32,000 bases of DNA from an uncultured archaeon. Lineage in GTDB: Archaea; Iainarchaeota; Iainarchaeia; Iainarchaeales; Iainarchaeaceae. A program made the translations under genes and the position numbers. Shown here one piece after another: positions 17,738 through 26,189 of the stretch. The stretch spans positions 55,178 through 87,177 of the forward strand of contig CAZNZM010000001.1 of NCBI GenBank assembly GCA_964577555.1, written 5' to 3'. Each line of letters opens with the position of its first letter. Position 1 is the first letter of the stretch. The notes under the pieces were generated by a model. The model did no database searches and had not been told where the DNA came from. It saw nothing but the letters and a program-made list of their open reading frames with translations.

Positions 17738-18001
17738 TTAGCTGTTTTGTTCGCTATTATTTTCTTGGCTGGCAAAATGTTCGTTTGCCTGTTGAAGAAC
17801 CGAAATCAACTTGGACAATTCGTTTGGCCTGAAAGATTTAAGCGATTTCCATTCTTCGCCTGATTTATATCTTTTTTCAATTGTTATTGTATTGTAAATT
17901 TCGCCAGTTTCCTTGGCAACATTTTCCCACACAGCCAAATGTATTTGGCCTGAAGAAAATTTTGCAACAGGTTTTGAACTGCTTTTTTGCTTGCTTTCCA
18001 T
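17738..18001 (-). CDS. small conserved-looking hypothetical protein; start re-assigned to the internal Met at 18001 (track ORF begins at 18058)
   Basis: MESKQKSSSKPVAKFSSGQIHLAVWENVAKETGEIYNTITIEKRYKSGEEWKSLKSFRPNELSKLISVLQQANEHF..., resembling widespread small proteins with a VWEN..IERRYK..eWK..nSF pattern; the 19 aa upstream look non-coding. Confidence 0.65.
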   Translation of the reverse strand: MESKQKSSSKPVAKFSSGQIHLAVWENVAKETGEIYNTITIEKRYKSGEEWKSLKSFRPNELSKLISVLQQANEHFASQENNSEQNS

Positions 18002-18118
18002 AAAATTCACCCCTTGATGAAAGCAGAACCGAAGACTCGCACGAATAACTACTGGCACAAAATTTTTAAAATTTTCAAGAGTTGGTTGCCGGTAAAAAAA
18101 AGTTTATTGTTGGAAAAA

Positions 18119-18760
18119 TTATTCGCTTGAAGCCCATGATTTTATTATTTCAAGTGATTTTATTTGTTCGTCCAAATCCTTTATTTTCGCTTCAATATCC
18201 TTTAATTGGGCTTCCGACACGTCAATTCTGAAGTCTTGAAGAATGTTTGCGTAATTTCCTACTTTTTTGTTTTTGTAAACAAAACTTTTTTGCACTGTTT
18301 CAACAAGGTTTTTTCTGTATTCAATGTCTTCAAGAAACATTTTTACAAGCGGTTTGTATCTTGGATCTGCTGCAAGGTGAGCTGGCAAGCCTACTGCTTC
18401 AGCATCGGCCTTGTATTCTTTGTCGGTAAGCATTTTGGAGACATGCTTCCAATAAATTGGCTCGGACAATTTCAAAACATGGTGCTTCAGGTGATAGTTT
18501 TTGGCTTCGTTTAGCTTTTTTCTCCAATCGGCTTCCTTTTTCAAAAAAAGTTTTCTCCTGTTCTTTAATTCTTCTATTTGAGTTTGGATTCGCAATGGAG
18601 AAGGGTATATCAAGCGAGGCCAAGGTTTTTTTGAAGGCAAAGCCGATATTACCCCGCCTCGTTCAAAGTATTTTTTCAATGCATTGATTCTTTCATCGTT
18701 CTTTGGAAAATCAAACCTTTTTTGGAATTCTTCAAAAGAACTTATTATATTTGATGTCAT
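18119..18760 (-). CDS. hypothetical protein, charged/coiled-coil rich
   Basis: 213-aa ORF with protein-like composition and heptad-like C-terminal segment (VSEAQLKDIEAKIKDLDEQIKSLEIIKS). Confidence 0.7.
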   Translation of the reverse strand: MTSNIISSFEEFQKRFDFPKNDERINALKKYFERGGVISALPSKKPWPRLIYPSPLRIQTQIEELKNRRKLFLKKEADWRKKLNEAKNYHLKHHVLKLSEPIYWKHVSKMLTDKEYKADAEAVGLPAHLAADPRYKPLVKMFLEDIEYRKNLVETVQKSFVYKNKKVGNYANILQDFRIDVSEAQLKDIEAKIKDLDEQIKSLEIIKSWASSE

Positions 18761-18822
18761 GAAAAAAAAATGTTGATTCAGTTAATAAGCTTTTTTAAGT
18801 AGTAAATTGTTGGTGATTTTTT

Positions 18823-19164
18823 ATGTTTCCTGGTTTTGGTGGAATGGATCCAAGGCAAATGAAGATGATGTTGAAACAATTTGGCATAAAGTCTGAAGAA
18901 ATTCATGCAAAAAGGGTTGTTTTTGAGTTTGAAGAAAAGAAAATAATTATTGAAGAACCGCAGGTTACTGCAATGGATATGCACGGGAATAAAATTTATA
19001 GTGTAATGGGCAAAGAGATTGAAGAAAAAGCGAAAACGGAAATCCCTGAATCTGACATTTTAATGGTTTCTGAAAAGGCAAAAGTTTCAAGGGAAGAAGC
19101 TTTTAATGCATTAAAGGAAACAAAAGGGGATATTGCGGAAGCTATTCAAAAATTGACAAAATAA
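18823..19164 (+). CDS. nac: archaeal nascent polypeptide-associated complex (NAC) protein
   Basis: 113 aa; MFPGFGGMDPRQMKMMLKQFGIKSEEIHAKRVVFEFEEKKIIIEEPQVTAMDMHG..., C-terminal UBA-like VSREEAFNALKETKGDIAEAIQKL. Confidence 0.95.
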   Translation: MFPGFGGMDPRQMKMMLKQFGIKSEEIHAKRVVFEFEEKKIIIEEPQVTAMDMHGNKIYSVMGKEIEEKAKTEIPESDILMVSEKAKVSREEAFNALKETKGDIAEAIQKLTK

Positions 19165-19248
19165 TAATTATTAATTAATATTTGATGACATAAAAAAAAA
19201 TTTCGGGAAAAGAGGCTTTATAATGAATCAACAAAACCAGGATATGCT

Positions 19249-20592
19249 TTAATTTTGTTTAATTATTTCCTGGGCTTGTATAAGCCTTATTCCGTTTCTT
19301 TTTGAAGCTATTATAAGCATGTTCATTTCTATTTCGTCTCCGTTTTTATGAATTGGTTTTACATATGCGTTGAAATAACCTTCGCGAATTGTGAAATCAT
19401 AGTTGGCATCTGGAACATATATTGAATTAGCTTCTATTTTTGCTTTTCTGAAAACCGTGAATTTCAATTCATAATTTTTTTCCGTTGAATTAATGGTTTT
19501 TAAAATTTTTTCTGAGTCGCTATTTGAAATTGTTCCTTCCAAAAAAACTTTTGGCTCTTTGATGCTTGATATTTTAAAGCCAAAAGCTTCCAATTCTTCT
19601 TTTAGTTTTTCTGCGAATTGGTTTATGTTTTCGTCTTTGGCTGTGACAATTGCTTTGTTGGAGTCCAATTGCAAGGTGAAAGAACTTATGCTTTGGTGTC
19701 CTGACAGGTAAAAGTTAAGGTCATTAATAGATATTTTTTCAGGTTCTGAAAATAAAATTGTGAAATTGAGTGATTGTGGATAGACTTTTAAGTTGGAGTT
19801 TTCGTCCAATTTTGCGAGTTCCAGTTTTGCTTTTTCAAGATCGTTTATTTTTTTTGGGGTTGATTCCGAATTTATTAAGTATTCGTTTTCTAAGCTTGAA
19901 ATCGTTGATTTTTGGATTAATGAAAAAATTTCCTCTTTGGCGTCAAGGTTTGATGTTTCAACAGCATATGCAGAGACTAATTGTTGACCTGCAAATTCGG
20001 TTTGCAAGGAAATTTCTATCAAATCACCTTTTTGGGTTTCGGGAGTTACAAGTGCTTGGATTTGCGAGCCTTTGAATTGGTATTCCTGGGTTAGTCCAAG
20101 CGTTTCGTTCTTGAGTTCAATCTTTTGTGGAAGGTTTACAAGAGAATATTTCATAAATTCCAAATCTTGAAGAAAAGGAAGTTGTTTGATTTCTTCCATT
20201 AATTCTTCTATTTGGCTGGTTGATTGTAAGCGCAAGTCTGCAATGTAGTATTCGCCATTTTGTCCTGAAAACTGGGAATTTTCTACTCTAAGTACTTTGC
20301 CAGTGGAAAGTAAGGCTTTGTCTATGCTTGAAACTTCCGATTCTGAAGTCTTGGCTCCAAGCCTTATTCTTGGAAAAATATCAATTACTTTTGATTTAAT
20401 GTTGGAAGCCGAATATTTTATTGTAGTGGGTTTTTGATTATTGGAAGGGGGTTGTGGTGGCGGCTTGTATTCGTCTTGGTATTGCATAAGGGCAAATATT
20501 GAACCAACCATTAAAAGTGCAACCAAAAGTGCCACAAATTGTTCTTTAGTTATTTTCAAGATTTTACACCTTTCATCAATCTTTATATTCAA
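19249..20592 (-). CDS. hypothetical membrane-anchored protein with one N-terminal TM
   Basis: 447 aa; TM EQFVALLVALLMVGSIFALM followed by Pro-rich linker and a large extracytoplasmic domain. Confidence 0.8.
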   Translation of the reverse strand: MNIKIDERCKILKITKEQFVALLVALLMVGSIFALMQYQDEYKPPPQPPSNNQKPTTIKYSASNIKSKVIDIFPRIRLGAKTSESEVSSIDKALLSTGKVLRVENSQFSGQNGEYYIADLRLQSTSQIEELMEEIKQLPFLQDLEFMKYSLVNLPQKIELKNETLGLTQEYQFKGSQIQALVTPETQKGDLIEISLQTEFAGQQLVSAYAVETSNLDAKEEIFSLIQKSTISSLENEYLINSESTPKKINDLEKAKLELAKLDENSNLKVYPQSLNFTILFSEPEKISINDLNFYLSGHQSISSFTLQLDSNKAIVTAKDENINQFAEKLKEELEAFGFKISSIKEPKVFLEGTISNSDSEKILKTINSTEKNYELKFTVFRKAKIEANSIYVPDANYDFTIREGYFNAYVKPIHKNGDEIEMNMLIIASKRNGIRLIQAQEIIKQN

Positions 20593-20640
20593 TTTTCCAA
20601 ACCAATTCTTATAAATAACAATCTCTTTTAAGGTATTATT

Positions 20641-21360
20641 TTGGTGATAAATTTGAAAGAAAAAAGCCTTGTATTGGTTGAATTTACAGGCAAAGAATTA
20701 GTTACTGGAAAGATTTTTGATACCACTTCGGAAGCTGTTGCCAAAGAAGTTGGCTTGTACAAAGAAAACGCGATTTTCAAGCCAGTGCCTGTAATAGTTG
20801 GAAACGGGGATGTTATAAAAGGCATTGATGAGGCTCTCAAAGAAATGAAGGAAGGCGAAGAGAAGGTTATCAAGCTTGGACCTGAAAAGGCTTTTGGAGA
20901 AAGGCGAAAAGACCTGGTTGTGCTTGTGCCATTGGCTGAATTTACAAACAGAAAAATCAAGCCAGTTAATGGTTTGATTGTTGAGATGAATGGAATGTAT
21001 GGAAAGGTTACAACAGTTTCTGGTGGCAGAGTAAGAGTTGATATGAACAACGACCTTGCTGGAAAAGAAGTTGAATATAAATTGAAAGTTATAAAAGAAA
21101 TCAAGGATTCCTCGGAAAAAGCACAAGTTATTGCTGAAAAGTTTTTCCCGCTTAAAGAAAAAGTCCAGACAAAAATAGAGGCCGACGTAATTAAAGTTAA
21201 AATTCCTAAAGAGATTGGGAAACAGCTTGCTCCTCTTGTTCCTGCTTTTACAAAAACAGTTAAAGAAATTATTCCTGAACTCAAGAGTGTTGAAATAGTG
21301 GAATCTTTTGATGCAAAACCAGAAAGCGAAAAAAATGAAAAAAAGCAATTTGAAATTTAA
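20641..21360 (+). CDS. FKBP-type peptidyl-prolyl cis-trans isomerase (SlyD-like); true start may be GTG 20644 or TTG 20653
   Basis: VLVEFTGKELVTGKIFDTT..., VPVIVGNGDVIKGIDEALKEMKEGEEKVIKLGPEKAFGERRKDLV. Confidence 0.88.
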   Translation: MVINLKEKSLVLVEFTGKELVTGKIFDTTSEAVAKEVGLYKENAIFKPVPVIVGNGDVIKGIDEALKEMKEGEEKVIKLGPEKAFGERRKDLVVLVPLAEFTNRKIKPVNGLIVEMNGMYGKVTTVSGGRVRVDMNNDLAGKEVEYKLKVIKEIKDSSEKAQVIAEKFFPLKEKVQTKIEADVIKVKIPKEIGKQLAPLVPAFTKTVKEIIPELKSVEIVESFDAKPESEKNEKKQFEI

Positions 21361-22250
21361 AAAAATAAAAAGTTGGCCCAACAAAAGATAGACCTGCAAA
21401 AAACAAAAAAACAAAACTTCAAACCAAAAAAAATAAAAACAAAAATTGTCTAAAAAAAACGGCTCACAAAACAAACACAAAAAAAACAAAAAAAACAACC
21501 AACAAAAAAAATGACAAAAAAAACAGCTGATAAAAAAAATCTTTACCAAAAAAAATAAAAATTGTCTAAAAAAATGGCTCACAAAAAAAACAATGACAAA
21601 AAAAATGGCTCGCCAAAAAAAATTAAAAAAAAACGTTCAAAAAAAAATCATGAAAAAAATTGCCAAAAAAAACCCGGCTCGCAAAAAAAAACAAATTCCA
21701 ATCAAAAAAACAATTTCAAATAAAAAAACAAAACTTCAAACAAAAAAAATAAAATAAACTAAAAAAAACAAAAAATGGCTTCAAGAAACAAAACAAAAAA
21801 AACTGCTCACAAAAAAAATAAACAAATTAAAAAAAACAAAAAAACCAATAAAAAAAATTAAGAAAAAAAACTTGGCACGAAAAAAAATAAGCCACAAAAA
21901 ATAATTGACAAAAAAAAGACCACAAAAAAAATGGCTTGCAAAACAAACAACAAAAAAATAACAAAAAAACAACTCGCAAAAAAAACAAACTCCAAAAATA
22001 AAACAAAAAAATAATGACAAAAAAAATCGTCCCGCAAAAAAAACAAAAAAACCAAAAAAAAGCTCACAAAAAAAACAAACAGAAAAAGGCAAAAAAAAGC
22101 CGAGACAAAGCAAAAAAAATAAATTTTTCTAAAAAAATTGAAAAAAGAATTTTATTCCAAAAACAAAAACAAGAAAACAAAAAAAATGTTTAAAAATATG
22201 GGGCAAAAAAACTGCAAAAAAAGCCTAGCTAGCAAAAAAATGCCTTAAAG
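21361..22250 (+). repeat. A-tract-rich strand-asymmetric intergenic array with recurring GGCTCRC-type cores
   Basis: Repeated runs of about 7-9 A separated by short words; cores ggctcac (21461), ggctcac (~21576), ggctcgc (21607), ggctcgc (~21676), tgctcac (~21804), agctcac (~22061), among others. Confidence 0.8.
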
Positions 22251-22274
22251 CAATTAAATTTTAACTTCTAATAA

Positions 22275-22292
22275 ACCTTTATAAAGGTTTGG
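22275..22292. promoter_or_regulatory. 18-bp perfect palindrome AAACCTTTATAAAGGTTT centred on a TATA-like element upstream of psmB
   Basis: Read directly; sequence equals its reverse complement and ends 32 nt before the psmB ATG. Confidence 0.6.
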
Positions 22293-22323
22293 GGGAAGAA
22301 CTATTTCAGATAGCTGATTTTAT

Positions 22324-22968
22324 ATGATGGCAACAGAACATGTATTGAAAGACCTTAAGACTGGGACAACCACTGTTGGAATAGTGTATAGCAGTGGTGT
22401 TGTGCTTGCAGCTGACAAAAGGGCTTCTATGGGGCATATAGTCTATGAAGAAGAATCTGAAAAAATTTATGACATAAACGGGATTTTTGCTGTTACAAAC
22501 GCGGGAAATGTAGGCGATAGTTTGGCTGTAATCAGGTTTTTGAAAGCACAAGCCAAGATTTACGAGCTTGAAAGGGAAGAAAAAATGACTGCAAAAGCCG
22601 CGGCAAATTTGTTGTCAAACGTGCTTAGCGCAAGCAGGTATTATCCTTTTATTTGCCAATTTTTAGTAGGTGGTTTTAATGGAAAACCGGAGCTCTTTGA
22701 TGTCACTCCTTTCGGGGCAATGCTTGAAAGAAAAAACTATGCAGTGTCTGGTTCAGGGACAGAACAAGCCTTGGCAACAATTGATTTGGGTTATAAAGAA
22801 GGCATGAATGAAAAGGAAACAATTGCTTTGGCTGTAAAGGCAATTGAGGCGGGCAAAAGAAGGGATGTTTTTTCTGGCGGAAAGGGAGCAACTGTTTTTG
22901 TTGTGGACTCCAAAGGAGTAAGACAAATACCTGAAGACATTGTTGCAAAATTCACCAAAGGCGACTAA
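22324..22968 (+). CDS. psmB: proteasome beta subunit
   Basis: Short propeptide then TTTVGIVYSSGVVLAADKRASMG (catalytic Thr, Asp and Lys), GSGTEQALATIDLGYKEGM; 214 aa. Confidence 0.95.
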   Translation: MMATEHVLKDLKTGTTTVGIVYSSGVVLAADKRASMGHIVYEEESEKIYDINGIFAVTNAGNVGDSLAVIRFLKAQAKIYELEREEKMTAKAAANLLSNVLSASRYYPFICQFLVGGFNGKPELFDVTPFGAMLERKNYAVSGSGTEQALATIDLGYKEGMNEKETIALAVKAIEAGKRRDVFSGGKGATVFVVDSKGVRQIPEDIVAKFTKGD

Positions 22969-23027
22969 AAGAAAGTGGAATGCTTATTTTTTTATCAAAA
23001 CTTTAGAAAACAAAAAGTGAAGAATTA

Positions 23028-24926
23028 ATGGAATATCTAAAAGAAGTAAGGGAAATTGTACAACAAGTAGTACCAAAAGAGGCAGGGGTTACAAGCGTAG
23101 AATTGGAAGGCCCTGAAATCTCTATTTATACCGAAAACCCAAAGGCATTCCATGAAAACGAAAATTACGTAAAAGAAGTAGCCCAAATGCTGAAGAAAAA
23201 AGTTAATATAAGGGCTGACAAATCTTTGCTAATAAACGAAAAAGAGGCAAAAGAAAAAATTCTTGAAATCATTCCTGAAGACGCACAAGTTTCTGATATA
23301 CAATTTTCTGAGCCTTTCAGCGAAGTTTGGATTGAAGCTCTCAAACCTGGTTTGGTAATTGGCAAGAGTGGTGAAACCACAAAGAGGATAATACTTGAAA
23401 CAGGTTGGACTCCAAAAATATTAAGGGCGCCTACTTCTGCTAGTGAAATACTCAAAGGAATAAGACATCATCTTGTAAAATACAGTTCTGAAAGAAAAAA
23501 ATTTTTGACAGAAACAGCAAGGAAAATTTATAGCGAAAAAGCACAACCAAGTTGGATAAGGCTTACTCCTTTGGGCGGATTCAGGCAGGTTGGCAGGAGT
23601 TGCATTTTGCTTGAAACAAGAAAAACCAAAATTCTTTTGGATTGCGGCATCAATGTTGGAGCCCAAACTCCTGAAGAAATGTATCCATACCTTGATGCAA
23701 TAAGGTTTCCAATAAATGAACTTGACGCAGTTGTGCTTAGCCATGCACATATGGACCACTGCGGATTCATACCTTACTTGTTCAAAGTAGGATTCAACGG
23801 GCCTGTTTATTGCACAGAACCTACAAGGGACTTGAGTACATTGCTTCTCTTTGATTACTTGGACATTTCAGCAAAAGACAACAAAGAAGCGCCTTTCAGC
23901 GAAAGAGATGTTAAAGAAATGTTGAAACACTGCATTACAAGAGAATATCGAGAAGTAACTGATATAGCACCAGACATGAGGCTTACTTTCCACAATGCGG
24001 CTCACGTACTTGGCAGTGCTTCAGTTCATTTGCATATAGGTGAAGGAGCACACAACCTTGTTTATGGGGCTGACATAAAATATGGTTTTACAAGGCTTTT
24101 CAACAATGTGGATATAAATTATCCTAGGCTTGAAACTCTTATAATTGAAAGCACTTATGGTGCAAAAGAAGACATAATGCCACAAAGAGAAGAAACTGAA
24201 GTTCAATTGCTGAAAGTTTTGCAAGAAACGACAAACCAAGGCGGCTCGGTTTTAATACCTGTGTTTGCGGTCGGCAGAGCACAAGAACTCCAGCTTGTTA
24301 TTGAAAATTATTATAGAAAAGGACTTATTGATCCGGAAGTCAAGGTTTATATAGACGGCATGACAAAAGAGAGTTCTGCAATCCACACAGCCTACCCAGA
24401 ATATTTGAGAAATGCAGTGCAAACAAGAGTTCTACAAAACGACAGCCCCTTTACAAGCAACATATTTGAAATCGCAAAACCTGAAGAAAGAGACGCGATT
24501 TGCCAAAAAGGCAGGGCAATAATCCTTGCTTCAAGCGGAATGCTTACCGGCGGTTCAAGCCTCCAATATTTTTACAAATTGGCTGAAAACCCTATTAATA
24601 CGCTTATATTTGTAGGTTACCAAGGGGAAGGAACTCTTGGAAGAAAAATACAGGGTGGTTTAAGAAGCCTGCCGATTACGGAAAACGGCGGCAAAACAAG
24701 AAAGCTTGATATTAATATGCGAGTAGAAACGATTGAGGGGTTTTCAGGACATTCTGACAGGCCTCAACTTGTCAGTTATGTAAGGGCTTTGAAACCAAAA
24801 CCGAAAAAGATTTTAACAAATCACGGCGAAGCAACAAAAACGGTTGAACTTGCAAAATTCTTTTCCGCAAAAATGTCAATCAATTCACAATCAATAAGAA
24901 ACCTTGACAGCCTAAGGTTAAAATAA
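23028..24926 (+). CDS. KH-domain beta-CASP metallo-ribonuclease aCPSF1 (archaeal CPSF73-like cleavage/termination factor)
   Basis: 632 aa; N-terminal KH region GLVIGKSGETTKRIILETGW, metallo-beta-lactamase HAHMDHCG, YGADIKYG, beta-CASP FAVGRAQEL, C-terminal GFSGHSDRPQLVSYV, ILTNHGEA. Confidence 0.95.
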   Translation: MEYLKEVREIVQQVVPKEAGVTSVELEGPEISIYTENPKAFHENENYVKEVAQMLKKKVNIRADKSLLINEKEAKEKILEIIPEDAQVSDIQFSEPFSEVWIEALKPGLVIGKSGETTKRIILETGWTPKILRAPTSASEILKGIRHHLVKYSSERKKFLTETARKIYSEKAQPSWIRLTPLGGFRQVGRSCILLETRKTKILLDCGINVGAQTPEEMYPYLDAIRFPINELDAVVLSHAHMDHCGFIPYLFKVGFNGPVYCTEPTRDLSTLLLFDYLDISAKDNKEAPFSERDVKEMLKHCITREYREVTDIAPDMRLTFHNAAHVLGSASVHLHIGEGAHNLVYGADIKYGFTRLFNNVDINYPRLETLIIESTYGAKEDIMPQREETEVQLLKVLQETTNQGGSVLIPVFAVGRAQELQLVIENYYRKGLIDPEVKVYIDGMTKESSAIHTAYPEYLRNAVQTRVLQNDSPFTSNIFEIAKPEERDAICQKGRAIILASSGMLTGGSSLQYFYKLAENPINTLIFVGYQGEGTLGRKIQGGLRSLPITENGGKTRKLDINMRVETIEGFSGHSDRPQLVSYVRALKPKPKKILTNHGEATKTVELAKFFSAKMSINSQSIRNLDSLRLK

Positions 24927-25215
24927 GCGAACCAGATAAAATTGCAAAAAAAAATTGTCTCAAAAAACAAATTCAAAAAAAAACAAAAACCAAAATAAAA
25001 AAAATAAAGTTGGCTGACTAAAAAAATAAAATTAAGAGTTTCAACAAAAACAATTGCAAAAATTTCAAAAAACACACAAATTATACATTACAAATAAAAA
25101 GCAAACAAAAAGATTCAAAGATAAAGCGACAATAAAACTATTAATATACATAATCGATTTTTTTGAAAAAAAAAACACTAAAAAATTTCCAAAAAAAAAA
25201 CTACTTAAACATAAA
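24927..25215 (+). repeat. A-tract-rich intergenic array (same family, more degenerate)
   Basis: attgcaaaaaaaaattgtctcaaaaaacaaattcaaaaaaaaac...aaataaagttggctgactaaaaaaataaa. Confidence 0.6.
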
Positions 25216-25378
25216 AATAAACTAAAAAAACCTGAAAAAACCTCTTTTTGCCATAAAAAGTAATTTATTAGAGTTATTAGGCTAAAAAAGACTTATAACG
25301 GCTTTTTATAGAAAAATATTTATATAAGTTGGAATGTTGTAAGTATGCTTTGAAATAAAGTGGTCAGGTCGGTTCAAA

Positions 25379-25522
25379 ATGCACGAAGATAAATCAAAAG
25401 AAAACGTCTTACATGATGCAGTTGAACTGGCTAAAAGCTTTGAAAATGGCGGAGAGAGGCTAAATGATGAAGAAATAGGCCTATCAAAACCCTCGATTAA
25501 ATTTAATACTCGGAGCTTATAA
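25379..25522 (+). CDS. possible small protein (47 aa)
   Basis: ATG-TAA ORF: MHEDKSKENVLHDAVELAKSFENGGERLNDEEIGLSKPSIKFNTRSL, preceded by TTTATATA (25319-25326) and lying in locally less A-rich sequence. Below the ORF-track length cut-off. Confidence 0.35.
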   Translation: MHEDKSKENVLHDAVELAKSFENGGERLNDEEIGLSKPSIKFNTRSL

Positions 25523-25681
25523 AGCATTGGTGGCTGGTTCACCCTTCCAAAAAGCCTCTTTCCGCAAATACTAATTCTTGCAAAAAAAACTTTTTTTGCC
25601 AAAATTTCAATCAATTAATCCAGGATTACAACCAACGCCAATTTCTTGTTTTTTAAATGAAATTGCAGATAATATTAAGAT

Positions 25682-26185
25682 ATGCTAATAGGTTTAACAG
25701 GCACTCCGGGAGTTGGAAAAAGCTCTATTGCAAAAGAACTTGGCGAATTCTTTGGCTGTAAAGTTATTAACGAAAAAGAATTCAGCGTTGCCGAAGGCAT
25801 AGTAGAATTTGACAAAGAAACTAACGAATTCATAGTGCCTTTGGATAAACTTGAGAAAAGGCTAAGAAAATTTATTAAAAATGAAAAAAATTTGATTGTT
25901 GAAGGCCACTTGATTTGTGAAACAAAGCTTCCTTTGGATTTTATGGTGGTAATCCAATGCAACCCAGAAATATTAGAATTGAGATTGCAGGCAAGAGGAT
26001 ACTCTGAAGAAAAGATTCAAGACAATGTTTTTTGCGAAGGGATTGATTATTGCAAAAAGCACGCTAAAAGGCTATACTCGGCAGAAAAACTTATTTTTTG
26101 CCAAAATAGAAAATCTATTAAAGAAACTGCCTTATCAATAATACTTGAAATAGAAAAAAGAATGAGGCAAAAAAATAGGGAGTGA
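25682..26185 (+). CDS. adenylate kinase-like NTPase (Fap7/AK6-like)
   Basis: 167 aa; MLIGLTGTPGVGKSSIAKELGEFFGCKVINEKEF, NLIVEGHLICETKLPLDFMVVIQCNPEILELRLQARGYSEEKIQDNV. Confidence 0.85.
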   Translation: MLIGLTGTPGVGKSSIAKELGEFFGCKVINEKEFSVAEGIVEFDKETNEFIVPLDKLEKRLRKFIKNEKNLIVEGHLICETKLPLDFMVVIQCNPEILELRLQARGYSEEKIQDNVFCEGIDYCKKHAKRLYSAEKLIFCQNRKSIKETALSIILEIEKRMRQKNRE

Positions 26186-26189
26186 CAAC

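Noticed and set aside
20698-21582. 294-aa Phe/Cys-rich minus-strand ORF (and the 218-aa ORF 20628..21284)
   Set aside because: Antisense to the PPIase gene and extends into the A-tract array, so poly-Phe comes from reverse-complemented A-runs.
21781-22113. 110-aa Phe-rich ORF and the nested 69-aa ORF
   Set aside because: Pure translation of the reverse complement of A-tract low complexity; no protein-like composition.
21361-22250. CRISPR array interpretation of the spaced repeats
   Set aside because: No constant-length direct repeat, irregular spacing, spacers themselves low-complexity, no cas genes nearby.
25360-25560. Possible tRNA or split tRNA (GGTTCAAAAT and GGTTCACCC words resembling T-loops)
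   Set aside because: No acceptor-stem pairing, D-arm or anticodon arm could be drawn around either word; tRNAscan-SE/Infernal would settle it.
25306-25614. 102-aa minus-strand ORF in the gap before the adenylate-kinase-like gene
   Set aside because: No recognisable motif or signal; the plus-strand 47-aa ORF with a TATA-like box is at least as plausible. Not supportable as a gene without comparative data.
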